From the sequence record DRR378314_2665: a DNA stretch of 41,330 nucleotides. One strand, given 5' to 3'. Position numbers and translations under genes: made by a program. Shown here one piece after another: positions 1-11,178 of this stretch. The notes under the pieces were generated by a model that was not told the origin of the DNA, ran no database searches, and saw nothing but the letters and a program-made list of their open reading frames with translations. Numbering within the stretch: position 1 is the first letter of the stretch; the number at the start of each line of letters is the position of its first letter.

Positions 1-29
1 CGTAGGTTCAAATCCTGCCCCCGCAACCA
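1..29 (+). tRNA. tRNA-Met (initiator-type), 3' fragment truncated by window edge
   Basis: GTAGGTTCAAATCCTGCCCCCGCAACCA: T-loop GTTCAAATC, acceptor 3' strand CCCCGCA and encoded CCA, typical of tRNA-fMet. Anticodon is outside the window. Confidence 0.85.
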
Positions 30-141
30 ACGTCCGGAATTAGAATTCAGTAATACCTTCCTGCTAAATACTCTTTCTTTGAATAAATTCCCAAGTAAGC
101 CTGAAAATAGACTTAAGATGCAAGCTTTATATTTAAAGCCA

Positions 142-696
142 CTACGCCAACTGTTGTCCCCAGTTAGACTGAGCCGACAAAGCTAAATCGACGGTTGCCG
201 GTAACAAGCGGTTTAAGGTGACTTTAATGACATGGTACTGACGCAGCGATTTAATCGCAGAAAGCTGCATGCCCTCACTTAATAGTAAGCAAGTCGCAAA
301 TTCATCATCGGTATCAAGAATTAAGAACAGCCCCTGATCAAAACCTGAGTTCAATTCGCATAAACGCCGCTCTAACGGCCATTCGCTAATATCAGATTTT
401 TGAAAATGCCAACTCTGCGGCATTTGAGGACGACCAAAGCGACACCAGGCAGTTGCATTAAGAGCTGCGTTTTGCGGTGCACAAGGCATTTTATCTGCAG
501 GGTAAGCCTCTAATGTTTCACTAACGATTTGGAAAGTTGTCGCGTCTTCAATATCCATCATTTGTTCATTAAAGTGAATATTGACTAGCTGACTCGGTTT
601 GTAAGGCGTATCAAATACGTCGGTATCACTTAGCTTAACGCTAAGCTTGCCGCTTTCTGTATTGAATAACCATAACCAATGGGATTCCGATTCCAC
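142..696 (-). CDS. zapC: Cell division protein ZapC
   Basis: 184 aa with N-terminal W-x-W, 'LNATAWCRFGRPQMPQSWHF' and C-terminal 'IKVTLNRL' motifs. Lies directly downstream of pyrD as in other gammaproteobacteria. GTG start. Confidence 0.8.
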   Translation of the reverse strand: MESESHWLWLFNTESGKLSVKLSDTDVFDTPYKPSQLVNIHFNEQMMDIEDATTFQIVSETLEAYPADKMPCAPQNAALNATAWCRFGRPQMPQSWHFQKSDISEWPLERRLCELNSGFDQGLFLILDTDDEFATCLLLSEGMQLSAIKSLRQYHVIKVTLNRLLPATVDLALSAQSNWGQQLA

Positions 697-760
697 GATG
701 TTAGCCTTTATTATTAGAAGAATTTAAGCTTTGCGATAAGATACTAAAGTCACTTAACCA

Positions 761-1765
761 TTACAAGTGACTAACAATTGAGCGAATTAGCCCAGGCCCT
801 TGATAGATAAACCCTGTGTAAACTTGCACCAGGCTCGCTCCAGCCTTGAGTTTGGCCTCTGCTGACTCAACTGAATCAATGCCACCAACGCCTATAACCG
901 GTATTTTTCTTTGCAAAGTTTTACATAACAGCTCTATCACTCGAGTACTTTTATCCTGAAGTGGCTTACCGCTTAAGCCCCCTGCTTCGCCGGCCTGACT
1001 GCTTTGCAGTCCGTCACGCGACAAAGTTGTATTGGTTGCTATTACGCCATCCATTTCATTCTTTAATAGTGACTGCGCCATAACTTCCACTTCATGATCT
1101 TCAAGATCCGGAGCTATTTTAACCACCAGCGGCACGTAGCGCTCATACTCTTTTGCCAAAGTCAGCTGAGCCGTTTTAAGGCTGGACAATAAGCCATCAA
1201 GACTGGAGCCGTGCTGAAGGTTTCTTAAACCCGGAGTATTAGGAGATGAAATGTTTATCGTTACGTAGTCTGCATAAGGATAAACCTTATTCAGACACGC
1301 AAGGTAGTCATCAATGGCCTGCTCTTCCGGCGTGTTTTTGTTTTTACCGATATTAATGCCTAGCACGCCTTTATAGGAAGACGCTTTGACATTTTTAACA
1401 AGCTCATCAACCCCATGGTTATTAAAACCCATGCGGTTAATAATTGCTTCGTCTTCGGTCAAGCGGAATAAACGAGGTTTATCATTACCCGGCTGAGCTA
1501 CAGGTGTCACTGTACCAACTTCGATAAAACCAAAACCCATCTGAGAAAATGCATCTATACACTCGGCATTTTTATCAAGACCAGCGGCTAAACCTACCGG
1601 GTTAGGGAAATCAATTCCCATAACCCGAACCGATTTGCTGGGTACGTTTTGTTTCCAAAACAGCGACAACGGTGTGCGATGCCATTTACTCAGGATCCCG
1701 AGCATTAATTCGTGCGTTTTCTCAGGATCCTGACGGAACAACAATGGTTTTATAAGGTTGTACAT
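761..1765 (-). CDS. pyrD: Dihydroorotate dehydrogenase (quinone), class 2
   Basis: Motifs [42 protein letters not shown]. Confidence 0.97.
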   Translation of the reverse strand: MYNLIKPLLFRQDPEKTHELMLGILSKWHRTPLSLFWKQNVPSKSVRVMGIDFPNPVGLAAGLDKNAECIDAFSQMGFGFIEVGTVTPVAQPGNDKPRLFRLTEDEAIINRMGFNNHGVDELVKNVKASSYKGVLGINIGKNKNTPEEQAIDDYLACLNKVYPYADYVTINISSPNTPGLRNLQHGSSLDGLLSSLKTAQLTLAKEYERYVPLVVKIAPDLEDHEVEVMAQSLLKNEMDGVIATNTTLSRDGLQSSQAGEAGGLSGKPLQDKSTRVIELLCKTLQRKIPVIGVGGIDSVESAEAKLKAGASLVQVYTGFIYQGPGLIRSIVSHL

Positions 1766-4700
1766 TAACTGATCACTTTAGGTGCACAGTTATGGCTTAA
1801 CAGCATAAGCTCGCGCAAAGCGACCGAGAATTTAGCAAACTCGTGGCTCTTCGTTGTACGGAAATCGGATAGCATTTGCTGCCAGCGCGATAATAGTACT
1901 TCGTTTTGCTCTATCCACTCGCTGATCATCTTTTCCGGATCGCTCACGTCTGGTGTTGAACGCAGTACAACTTGAGTTAATGAACGTTGCTGCCAGTCGA
2001 GCTCTTCGCGGAATGCCGCTCTTGCCAGAGCTTGCCAGTGGTTCGCCACAGGTTGGTTATTAATTTGTATTAAGAACCAATGTAAGTTTATTTCCGCACC
2101 TAAGCGGAAATAAAGCGTACCAACCGTCTTGAACGACTGTCCGGTTTCATTAGCAACTTCAGCAAGATCCATAGCAGAAAATACCGTGCTCAGGCTTGCA
2201 ACTTGTTTTGCCAACTTGGCCGGAAAGCCATGTTCTTTGTACTTCTCTATCGTTTCTTCAATGACTTTAGCTTCATCTTCAACCATATACTTGAGGCTGT
2301 TCTCGCGTAAGTCATCAAATGCACCCATGTAGAAATCTAAGTGTTCCTGAATGCCACTCAGAGCTGGGTTGCGGTGACGCAAGAACCAGCGAGTTGCGCG
2401 GCGAACCATACGACGAAGCTGGAATAAAACTTCATTCTGAACTTCGGCAGGCACTTTATTATTCAGCGCTTCAATTTGTTCCCACAGCTCTTCAACTTTA
2501 AAACACTCGCGGGCTACAACATAAGCAGAAGCTATTTCAGCAACTGTCGAGCCGGTTGCCTCCTGCTTGCGGAAAACAAAGTTTGGTCCCATATCGTTAA
2601 CGATATTATTGGCAAGCTTAGTTGCAATAATCTGACCTTTCAGCGGATGAGATACCATACTGTCAGCAAAACGCTCACGTAAAGCCTCCGGGAAAGAGTC
2701 AAAAAGTTCACGCATGTGGTACGGGTCTTCCGTGATTTCATCCGTTATCAGCTGCTCTTTAAGAACCATTTTTCCGTAAGCCGTAATAATGGACAGCTCC
2801 GGACGTGTTAAGCCCTGGTTCGTTGCCTGACGCTCAACTAATTCATCATCATCAGGTAAAAACTCAAGCTGACGGTTCAACGAATGCTCGCGCTCAAGAT
2901 GGTGAATAAACCGCGTGTATTCTTTAACTTGATCGGTGCCACGCAATGCGGTTACCGAAATTGACTGTGTTTGTCTGTTACAGTCATCCAGTACAATTTT
3001 CGCGACATCGTCGGTCATATCGTAAAGCAGTTTATCGCGTTGCTTCTTCGTCAGATCGCCACTGTTAACTAAACCGTTAAGTAAGATTTTAATATTAACT
3101 TCGTTATCTGAGCAGTCCACGCCACCCACGTTATCGACAAAGTCGGTATTAACTCGTCCACCGTTTTGTGCAAATTCAATACGGCCTAACTGGGTAAAGC
3201 CTAAGTTGCCGCCCTCACCGATAATTTTCGCGTTCAGCTCGCGACCGTTAACGCGCAACGCATCGTTAGCGCGGTCACCAACATCGCTGTCGGTTTCGGC
3301 TTTGCCTTTAACGTAAGTACCGATACCACCATTCCAGATAAGATCAACTTCCATCGTTAAGCAGGCTTTGATCAAATCATTCGGTGTCATTGATTTTTTC
3401 TGGGTACCCAGCATTTTCTTAATTTCAGGCGTTAGCTCAATCGCTTTAGCACTTCTGTTGAAGATGCCACCGCCTTTTGAAATCAATTCGCGGTTGTAAT
3501 CATCCCAGCTTGAACGCGGCATTTTGAATAAACGGTCACGCTCTTCCCAGGATTTCGCAGCGTCTGGTTCTGGGTCAATAAAAATATGCAAGTGGTTAAA
3601 TGCCGCTTGTAAGCGCGTATGCTTGGACAGCAACATGCCGTTACCAAATACATCGCCACCCATGTCACCAATGGCAACACAGGTAAAGTCTGTGGTTTGG
3701 CAATCGATACCCATTTCGCGGAAATGGCGTTTAACTGATTCCCAGGCACCACGAGCGGTAATACCCATTTTCTTGTGGTCATAGCCAACTGAGCCGCCTG
3801 ATGCAAAGGCATCACCCAACCAGAAGTTATATTCAGCTGAAATACCGTTAGCGATATCAGAGAAAGTTGCAGTACCTTTATCTGCGGCAACAACCAGGTA
3901 TGGGTCGTCTTCGTCACGGCGAACAACACTTTTCGGAGGAACAATTTCGCCTTCAACGATGTTATCGGTAATGTCCAGTAACGCACGGATAAAGGTTTTA
4001 TAGCACTCTTTACCCTCGGCCATCATGCCTTCTCTGTCTTCCGGTAAAGCTTTACAAATAAAGCCGCCTTTTGCACCCACAGGTACAATAACGGTGTTCT
4101 TCACTTGCTGAGCTTTTACCAGACCAAGTACTTCGGTGCGGAAGTCTTCACGACGGTCTGACCAGCGCAAGCCACCACGAGCTACTTTACCGCCACGAAG
4201 ATGCACACCTTCGACTTTCGGCGAGTAAACAAAAATTTCAAACTTAGGTAACGGTAACGGCATTTCCGGTACCAGCTCAGGCAAGAACTTAACTGAAATA
4301 TAAGGTTTGTCGTTGCCCTGCTCGTCTTTCTGGAAGAAGTTGGTACGCAAAGCTGCATCAATCAGTTCGACATAGCGACGAATAATACGGTCATCGTCAA
4401 GGTTGGCAACGTTATCCAACTCGGTATTAATACGGGTATGAAGTGCTTCAAGCTTTTTCTCAACACCTTTTGTACCCGGTTCAAACTTGCTGTAAAACAT
4501 CTTCACAACCAGCTTGGCCAGCAGAGGATACTTACTGAACGTACTCTCTATGTAGCTTTGGCTGAATGTGGTGCCAATTTGACGCATGTATTTCGCAAAC
4601 ATACGCAAAATAGTGGCCTGACGGCCATTCATGCCGGCACCTAGTACCAAGCGGTTAAAGCCGTCGTCTTCTAATTTACCGTTCCAGACTAACGCAAAGG

Positions 4701-6612
4701 CTTCCTGGAAGGTTTCACGACTCTCTTCCAGATTCAACGAGCCTGCAGTGTGAAGCATGTGGAAATCAAGAACCCAGTACACATCACCGTCGCCCGTTTT
4801 AATCTGGTAAGGGCTTTCGCCAATAACCCGTAACCCGAAGTTCTCGAGCATCGGCAGTACGTCCGACAGATGAATCGGTTCGTCTTTATGGAACAGCTTC
4901 AAGTGCAGATGTTTACTGTCGTCTTTTTCTTCCTGAGCACGGTATAACACCATACCCAGTTTATGTTCGTCATTTAACGATTCCAGTTGTTTTATGTCTG
5001 AAATTGCTACCGACGGTAAAACGTCTTCTTTATACGCACGGGGAAATGCCGTAGCGTATCGTTTGTTTAAACGGGTAGCATTTGCTTCCCCGAAAGTGGA
5101 CTGCAAAATACGTTCGAAGTTGTCTTCCCACGTGCGGGCCGCTTCAATTAAGTTCTGTTCTAATTCTTTCACGTTCACATCCTGATGGTCTTCGCTCAAA
5201 CGCACGGTATAATGTGTTCTTGCTAACGAAGACTCTGAAAAATAAGTGGTAAAGTCGACGTCGTATTCGGTTTTCAATGTACGCGCCAACACACTTTGAG
5301 TTCGTTGACGTAACAAGGTGTTATAGCGCTCTTTTGGCACATAAACCATGCACGACATAAAGCGGCCGAAAATATCGCGGCGCAGAAAAGCGCGGGTCAT
5401 GTCGCGCTCTTGCATTTGCAACACGCCCAGACCGACAGTTAGTAAGTCATCTTCTTCTGCCTGCACAATTTCGTCACGAGGATAAGTCTCTAAAATATTC
5501 AACAGTGCTTTAGCCGCGTGAGACTGCGGAGCAAAGCCTGACATGTCTAATACGCGAGATATTTTCTCACTCACCAACGGGATATCACGTGCACTGTTGT
5601 TATAGAAGTTGGCCGAATACAAACCAATAAAGCGGTCTTCACCTATGACTTCGCCGTCTTCATTAAAGCGTTTAACACCAATGTAGTCTGAGTATGCTGG
5701 ACGATGAACCCGTGATTTCGAGTTGGTTTTGGTCAACAGTAACAGGCGTTCGTTGTGCGTTATTTCGCGCGCATCTTCCGGTAAGCTGGAAACCAAACGT
5801 CCTTTTTCACTAACGGAGTTTTTCATTAACCCCAGACTGGAGTCTTTAACCTGTTTGAGTTCGTAGTCGCCTTTCACCGGAGTTAGCTCATAGGAACGGT
5901 AACCGGTTAACGTGAAGTTATCATTGGCCAGCCATTGTAAGAACTCTTTAATTTCTTTCTTTTCTTTTTTTGAGCCCGGATAGTATTCATGAGCCAGTTG
6001 CTCCGAAACCGTCTGTAGACGCTTACGCATAGCCTGCCAGTCTTCAACAGCAAGACTGATTTCTTCCATTACCGACACCAGCTCACTTTTTAACGTTTTT
6101 ATTTCTTCCTTGCTGGTTTGGCGGTCTATTTCAATAAGAAAAACCGTGTCGACATAGTTATCATCGCTACGGGTACCCGGTTTCTGCAATTCAGTAACCT
6201 GGCTATTTTTGTCCCGTTTATGGCTCAACGGCATATGCAGTAATAAATGCGATGTAATGCCCAGACGAGCCAGCGCCATGCGCACTGAGTCGACCATAAA
6301 TGGCATATCATTTTGAATAATTTCAATAATGGTATGAGGAGACTCCCAGCCGTCCGTCGGGACTTCAGGGTTATATACTTTTATCAGTGCTTTATCACCG
6401 GGTTTATACTCATTAAAGCTGTGCCATAAACCCAAAACCGCACCGTACATATCACTATCGTGGCGGTTCGTTAAATCATCACTGGCAATATTGCGATATA
6501 AGCGCTTGGCAAAATCTGCTACTAAGTGCGCTTGAGAGGCGGGAACTTTCTTTTTTATCAATTCAACGACTTTTTCCAGTAAAACCGGAGATTGACTATC
6601 GACCAACGACAT
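1765..6612 (-). CDS. gdhB: Large NAD-specific glutamate dehydrogenase (~1615 aa)
   Basis: Motifs [58 protein letters not shown]. Start moved to ATG 6612 (AAGGA RBS upstream). Stop overlaps the pyrD start (TAATG). Confidence 0.96.
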   Translation of the reverse strand: MSLVDSQSPVLLEKVVELIKKKVPASQAHLVADFAKRLYRNIASDDLTNRHDSDMYGAVLGLWHSFNEYKPGDKALIKVYNPEVPTDGWESPHTIIEIIQNDMPFMVDSVRMALARLGITSHLLLHMPLSHKRDKNSQVTELQKPGTRSDDNYVDTVFLIEIDRQTSKEEIKTLKSELVSVMEEISLAVEDWQAMRKRLQTVSEQLAHEYYPGSKKEKKEIKEFLQWLANDNFTLTGYRSYELTPVKGDYELKQVKDSSLGLMKNSVSEKGRLVSSLPEDAREITHNERLLLLTKTNSKSRVHRPAYSDYIGVKRFNEDGEVIGEDRFIGLYSANFYNNSARDIPLVSEKISRVLDMSGFAPQSHAAKALLNILETYPRDEIVQAEEDDLLTVGLGVLQMQERDMTRAFLRRDIFGRFMSCMVYVPKERYNTLLRQRTQSVLARTLKTEYDVDFTTYFSESSLARTHYTVRLSEDHQDVNVKELEQNLIEAARTWEDNFERILQSTFGEANATRLNKRYATAFPRAYKEDVLPSVAISDIKQLESLNDEHKLGMVLYRAQEEKDDSKHLHLKLFHKDEPIHLSDVLPMLENFGLRVIGESPYQIKTGDGDVYWVLDFHMLHTAGSLNLEESRETFQEAFALVWNGKLEDDGFNRLVLGAGMNGRQATILRMFAKYMRQIGTTFSQSYIESTFSKYPLLAKLVVKMFYSKFEPGTKGVEKKLEALHTRINTELDNVANLDDDRIIRRYVELIDAALRTNFFQKDEQGNDKPYISVKFLPELVPEMPLPLPKFEIFVYSPKVEGVHLRGGKVARGGLRWSDRREDFRTEVLGLVKAQQVKNTVIVPVGAKGGFICKALPEDREGMMAEGKECYKTFIRALLDITDNIVEGEIVPPKSVVRRDEDDPYLVVAADKGTATFSDIANGISAEYNFWLGDAFASGGSVGYDHKKMGITARGAWESVKRHFREMGIDCQTTDFTCVAIGDMGGDVFGNGMLLSKHTRLQAAFNHLHIFIDPEPDAAKSWEERDRLFKMPRSSWDDYNRELISKGGGIFNRSAKAIELTPEIKKMLGTQKKSMTPNDLIKACLTMEVDLIWNGGIGTYVKGKAETDSDVGDRANDALRVNGRELNAKIIGEGGNLGFTQLGRIEFAQNGGRVNTDFVDNVGGVDCSDNEVNIKILLNGLVNSGDLTKKQRDKLLYDMTDDVAKIVLDDCNRQTQSISVTALRGTDQVKEYTRFIHHLEREHSLNRQLEFLPDDDELVERQATNQGLTRPELSIITAYGKMVLKEQLITDEITEDPYHMRELFDSFPEALRERFADSMVSHPLKGQIIATKLANNIVNDMGPNFVFRKQEATGSTVAEIASAYVVARECFKVEELWEQIEALNNKVPAEVQNEVLFQLRRMVRRATRWFLRHRNPALSGIQEHLDFYMGAFDDLRENSLKYMVEDEAKVIEETIEKYKEHGFPAKLAKQVASLSTVFSAMDLAEVANETGQSFKTVGTLYFRLGAEINLHWFLIQINNQPVANHWQALARAAFREELDWQQRSLTQVVLRSTPDVSDPEKMISEWIEQNEVLLSRWQQMLSDFRTTKSHEFAKFSVALRELMLLSHNCAPKVIS

Positions 6613-6808
6613 AATTGCAGAGTCCTTGAGGTTGTTGGTGAAACGTCGTAGGCAAGCCCAAATGCGGCCCACGGCCAGAGAATATATGATTGATGTTATT
6701 GTCGAACATTTACGCTGGGGTTTCAACGCTTATTCGCGCTAAAAACAGGTGTTTAGACCAGATATGGCAAGTAAAATAATATAACTATTTAGTTTAAATG
6801 AATGGACT

Positions 6809-7036
6809 CTAAGTCAGCCGTTTTAATCCAACGAACTTTTGCTGCTCATCAACTTGTAAAAGGAAGCGTCCACGCACGCCCTGGTTATCGATAAAAGGAA
6901 TTAAACGCCCCGCGGGTAGTGCTACCCGCGTGCCGTTAACGGTCGTTACTACAATTTGTTGATAACCCTTGCTGTAATAAACATCGCAAAACTCCTGATA
7001 GCTCATACTCAGGTTAAAAACATACTCAATGATCAC
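6809..7036 (-). CDS. DUF2835-family small protein
   Basis: 75 aa with pattern 'F.LSMSY.E...YY...V.V....G.RV.LPA.RL.PF....GV.G.F.L'. Usual position between pepN and gdhB. Confidence 0.7.
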   Translation of the reverse strand: MIIEYVFNLSMSYQEFCDVYYSKGYQQIVVTTVNGTRVALPAGRLIPFIDNQGVRGRFLLQVDEQQKFVGLKRLT

Positions 7037-7059
7037 CGTTGGTTAATACCTTTAAATAA

Positions 7060-9651
7060 TTATTCAGTTAGACAACTTTCTATTTTTTCAAATAAGTCAC
7101 TGGCCAGGTTTGGCAATTGACGTAAAGACTCAAGCTGATTGCGCATTAATTGCTGGCGATTCTCATCATACCGGCGCCAACTGACAAAAGCAGAGAGCAG
7201 TCTTGAGGCAACCTGAGGGTTGCTGGTATTCAGTTGTTGAATGACTGAGCCTATCAGTTCATACCCTGCCCCGTCAGCTTTATGAAACTGAGCTTGATTC
7301 TGAGTGAACGCGGCAAGCAATGAATACACCCGGTTTGGATTTTTTAACGAGAAATCGGGGTGCGTCATTAAATCTTTAACGCGCTCCACCGTAGCTTCGT
7401 TATTAGCAAGAGCCTGAGTGCTGAACCACTTGTCCATTACCAGTTTTTCGCCACGCCATTGCTGCTCAAACTTATTAAGTAAAGACTCGGCTGCAGAATG
7501 ATTAGCCCACACTCCGGCCTGCATTGCACCCAGTTGATCAGTCAGGTTATCGGCCTGGTCAAACTGTTCTGTCAACTTATCGGTCGCTGCGTCGCCTAAT
7601 TCGGCTAAGTAGCTTAAACAAACCTGTTTCAGTTGCCGTTTGGCTATTTCATCACCCACTAACTGGTAGGCTTTTTCTGACTTACAGGCACTCAGAAGCT
7701 GGCTGAAATCATTCTCCAGCGCAACTGCCAGTTGTGTTTTTAGTGACTTCAACTGGGTATTAATTGCTTCTACCGGAATGGTTTCATAATTATCAGCAAT
7801 CGTTGAGGCTGAAGGCAATGTCAAGGCCAGAGCTTTTAGTGCCGAATCTGTATTGGCCTGAAGCAAGTTCCTGCATGCATCAATCGTTTGTGCTGATAAT
7901 TCGATAGCGGAATCATCATTAATTCCCTTTTCTATCATTCGGGTAAACAACGACTGTGCCGCATCCCAACGACTAAAGTCATCTTTGCTATGAGCCAGCA
8001 ATACCCGCAATTCGTCATCGCTTATGGTGCGTTTTACTTTAACTGGCGCAGAGAAATTATCGAATAAAGATAAAATGGGTTTCTCCGCAACATTATCAAA
8101 GGTAAAAGTCGATTCATTCTCTTTTAAGTGTAATAAATTATTATCACTTAATGACAGTTCTGCGCCCTGCTCGCTATAGGCTGACCATTTAACCGGAATA
8201 TGGAAAGGTGCCTTTTGCTCTTGTCCGGGAGTAGACGCTGTTTCCTGTTTGAGCACCAGGGTCAGTTGTTTCGCGTCTTTATCGTAAGACTGCTCCGCTG
8301 TAACAACCGGCGTTCCTGCCTGCGAGTACCAATGACGGAACCGACTGAAGTCTTCGCCGTTTGCATCTTCCATAGCCTGAACGAAATCTTCACAGGTTAC
8401 AGCCTTACCATCGTGACGCTCAAAATAAAGCTTCATGCCTTTCTGAAAACCGGATTCTCCCAATAAGGTGTGGATCATCCGAATAACTTCGGCACCTTTG
8501 TTATAGACCGTAACCGTATAAAAGTTATTCATTTGAACCACTTTATCCGGTCGAATCGGATGCGCCATTGGCCCGGCATCTTCAGCGAACTGGTGGCTGC
8601 GAATAACGCGGACGTCCTGAATGCGGTTGACGGCTCTGGAGCCGAGATCTGAACTGAACTCCTGATCGCGGAAAACAGTCAGCCCTTCCTTTAAGCTCAG
8701 TTGAAACCAGTCGCGGCACGTCACGCGGTTGCCAGTCCAGTTGTGGAAATATTCGTGACCAATAACGGATTCAACGTTAAGAAAGTCCTGATCGGTTGCC
8801 GTCGCGGGATTAGCCAAAACGTACTTCGCATTGAAAACGTTCAGGCCTTTGTTTTCCATGGCGCCCATATTGAAGAAGTCGACGGCTACAATCATATAAA
8901 TATCCAGATCGTAGACCAGGTCGAAACGCTCCTCGTCCCACTTCATCGCATTCTTAAGCGATAACATGGCATGATCAGCTCTGTCCAGGTTGCCTTTATC
9001 GACAAAAAGCTCTAAATCAACGGTACGCCCTTCCCGGGTAGTAAATTCGTCACGTAATACATCGAAATTACCCGCGACAAGAGCAAACAGATAGCAAGGC
9101 TTAGGAAACGGGTCCTGCCAGGTTGCCATATGCTTTCCGTTATCAAGATCCAACTGCTTTATGCGGTTACCATTTGATAATAAGTATGGAAACTCTGCTT
9201 TATCGGCAATAATTGTGGTTGTAAATTTTGCCAGAACATCAGGCCGATCGGGGTAATAAGTGATACGTCGGAAGCCTTCTGCTTCGCACTGCGTACAGAA
9301 GGTGTTTTCAGCCAGGTACAGGCCTTCAAGCGCTTCATTAGCCGTTGGGTTAACGCTATTTTCAATTTCAAGGGTAAACGCCTTGAGCGAAGTATTAAGT
9401 GTCAGGCTGTGCTCATTGCATTCATATGAATCCTCAGCAACGTCTTCACCATCGACTTTTAAGCTCAGTAAAGTGAGTTGTTCCCCGTCGAGTACCAAAG
9501 GCTTTATATGATCGCCTTGCCGTACAACTTTTAAGACGCTCGTTACCCGAGTTTCTGTTGGATGAAGATTAAAGGTTAAATCGACATCCGTTATTGTGAA
9601 TTCAGGTTCCTGATAATCTTTACGATATTTAGCCTTTGGTAATTGTGTCAT
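7060..9651 (-). CDS. pepN: Aminopeptidase N (M1)
   Basis: GAMENKGLN and HEYFHNWTGNRVTCRDWFQLSLKEG motifs; 863 aa. Confidence 0.97.
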   Translation of the reverse strand: MTQLPKAKYRKDYQEPEFTITDVDLTFNLHPTETRVTSVLKVVRQGDHIKPLVLDGEQLTLLSLKVDGEDVAEDSYECNEHSLTLNTSLKAFTLEIENSVNPTANEALEGLYLAENTFCTQCEAEGFRRITYYPDRPDVLAKFTTTIIADKAEFPYLLSNGNRIKQLDLDNGKHMATWQDPFPKPCYLFALVAGNFDVLRDEFTTREGRTVDLELFVDKGNLDRADHAMLSLKNAMKWDEERFDLVYDLDIYMIVAVDFFNMGAMENKGLNVFNAKYVLANPATATDQDFLNVESVIGHEYFHNWTGNRVTCRDWFQLSLKEGLTVFRDQEFSSDLGSRAVNRIQDVRVIRSHQFAEDAGPMAHPIRPDKVVQMNNFYTVTVYNKGAEVIRMIHTLLGESGFQKGMKLYFERHDGKAVTCEDFVQAMEDANGEDFSRFRHWYSQAGTPVVTAEQSYDKDAKQLTLVLKQETASTPGQEQKAPFHIPVKWSAYSEQGAELSLSDNNLLHLKENESTFTFDNVAEKPILSLFDNFSAPVKVKRTISDDELRVLLAHSKDDFSRWDAAQSLFTRMIEKGINDDSAIELSAQTIDACRNLLQANTDSALKALALTLPSASTIADNYETIPVEAINTQLKSLKTQLAVALENDFSQLLSACKSEKAYQLVGDEIAKRQLKQVCLSYLAELGDAATDKLTEQFDQADNLTDQLGAMQAGVWANHSAAESLLNKFEQQWRGEKLVMDKWFSTQALANNEATVERVKDLMTHPDFSLKNPNRVYSLLAAFTQNQAQFHKADGAGYELIGSVIQQLNTSNPQVASRLLSAFVSWRRYDENRQQLMRNQLESLRQLPNLASDLFEKIESCLTE

Positions 9652-9711
9652 AGCTTCCTTCTGTATTTAGTTCTCTTAAGTCGCTCTCTTGCGTACGGCT
9701 ATTCGCTCTAA

Positions 9712-11166
9712 TTAGGCTTCAGCCGTTTTGTCTTTTGGGTTCAAATACAAGATAGTCCAGCCGGTATAGGCGAGAATGATGGCAATTAGCGGTGTCAGGT
9801 AATTAAAGAACGCATAAATACCATATTCGAACGGACTTACGGCAAGTACTGAAAACATATAAGCTCCGCATGTATTCCAGGGAATAAGAGCCGATGTGAT
9901 GGTACCACTATCTTCCAGAGTACGGGAAAGCACTCTGGGATCCAGATTGCGACGCTCATATTCTTCTTTGAACATGCGCCCAGGCAATACAATTGCCATA
10001 TATTGGTCTGCGGTTAGTACGTTCGCACCAAAACAGGTAAAAATGGTCCCGGTAACCAGCGAACCGACACTCTTAGCTGACTTCAGCATGCCGCGGATAA
10101 AGCGTTCCAGCAGGCCAACTTTTTCCATAATGGCGCCAAAGGTCATGGCACTTAAAATAAGCCATACGGTATTTAACATTGACGACATGCCACCGCCGCT
10201 TAACAAGGAATCAAGATTGGCACTGCCTGTACTCACCGATACGCCATCTGATAAGGCTAACCAAACTACTTTTAAGGCAGCAACCCAGCCCTGTTCTCCG
10301 GCTATTTGACTGACCATTTCAGGTTGGAAAATTAGCGCCCACACACCACCGAGCAAGGCTCCGAAAAATACCGTGGGTAGCGCTGGTTTGCGGGTTGCTG
10401 CCAAGTATAGCAACACCGCCAGAGGAACCAGCATTTCCCAGCCAACGTTAAAGGTTGCGCTTAGTTGCTCCTGCATCAGTTCCAGACGCTGTAAACTAAC
10501 GTTGGTATCGGTGTTAAGACCAAGAATTAAGAACAAGGCTATCGAGATAGCAAAAGCAGGTCCTGCGGTATACCCCATATAACGGATGTGAGCGAACAGT
10601 TCTGTTCCTGCGACGGCTGGTGCCAAGTTGGTGGTATCAGACAAAGGTGACATTTTATCACCAAAGTACGCTCCCGAAACTATTGCACCAGCAGCGATAC
10701 CTGGCTCTAAGCCCATACCGGAAGCTACTCCCATTAATGCTACACCAATGGTCGCTGCGGTTGTCCAGGAACTTCCGATAGATAGCGCTACTACACCACA
10801 AATAATACAACTTGCCGCATAGAATAAGCTTGGGTTTAGCAGTTCCAGACCAAAGTAAATTAATGTTGGAACGGTACCTGACAACAACCAGGTACCAATT
10901 AACGAACCGACAGCAAGAATGATTAACATTGCGCCCAGGGCTACAGAAATGCCCTCGGTTATGCCCTCTTCTATTTGTTGCCAGCTAAAGCCGTTTTTAA
11001 AACCTATGATGACAGCAATACCGGCCGCCACTAACAAGGCTATCTGATTGGGTCCATAAGAAGAGTCTTCGCCAAATAAATAAACCGACGAGGACAACAT
11101 TCCGATTAGCGCAAGTAAAGGAATCAGCGCCTGTAATAAACTGGGTGCTTTTGTTTTATGACTCAT
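9712..11166 (-). CDS. nhaC: NhaC-family Na+/H+ antiporter or amino-acid transporter
   Basis: Motifs GSSWTTAATIG, SGAYFGDKMSPLSDTTNLA, LSRTLEDSGT, LIPWN; multi-TM. Confidence 0.88.
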   Translation of the reverse strand: MSHKTKAPSLLQALIPLLALIGMLSSSVYLFGEDSSYGPNQIALLVAAGIAVIIGFKNGFSWQQIEEGITEGISVALGAMLIILAVGSLIGTWLLSGTVPTLIYFGLELLNPSLFYAASCIICGVVALSIGSSWTTAATIGVALMGVASGMGLEPGIAAGAIVSGAYFGDKMSPLSDTTNLAPAVAGTELFAHIRYMGYTAGPAFAISIALFLILGLNTDTNVSLQRLELMQEQLSATFNVGWEMLVPLAVLLYLAATRKPALPTVFFGALLGGVWALIFQPEMVSQIAGEQGWVAALKVVWLALSDGVSVSTGSANLDSLLSGGGMSSMLNTVWLILSAMTFGAIMEKVGLLERFIRGMLKSAKSVGSLVTGTIFTCFGANVLTADQYMAIVLPGRMFKEEYERRNLDPRVLSRTLEDSGTITSALIPWNTCGAYMFSVLAVSPFEYGIYAFFNYLTPLIAIILAYTGWTILYLNPKDKTAEA

Positions 11167-11178
11167 TAATTATTCAAC

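Noticed and set aside
6613..6726. 38-aa N-terminal extension of GDH in the ORF track
   Set aside because: TTG start without an RBS; ATG 6612 has AAGGA and gives the typical ~1615-aa length. Similar over-extensions were trimmed for proQ, pyk, LytTR, LysE, LysR and cytochrome b.
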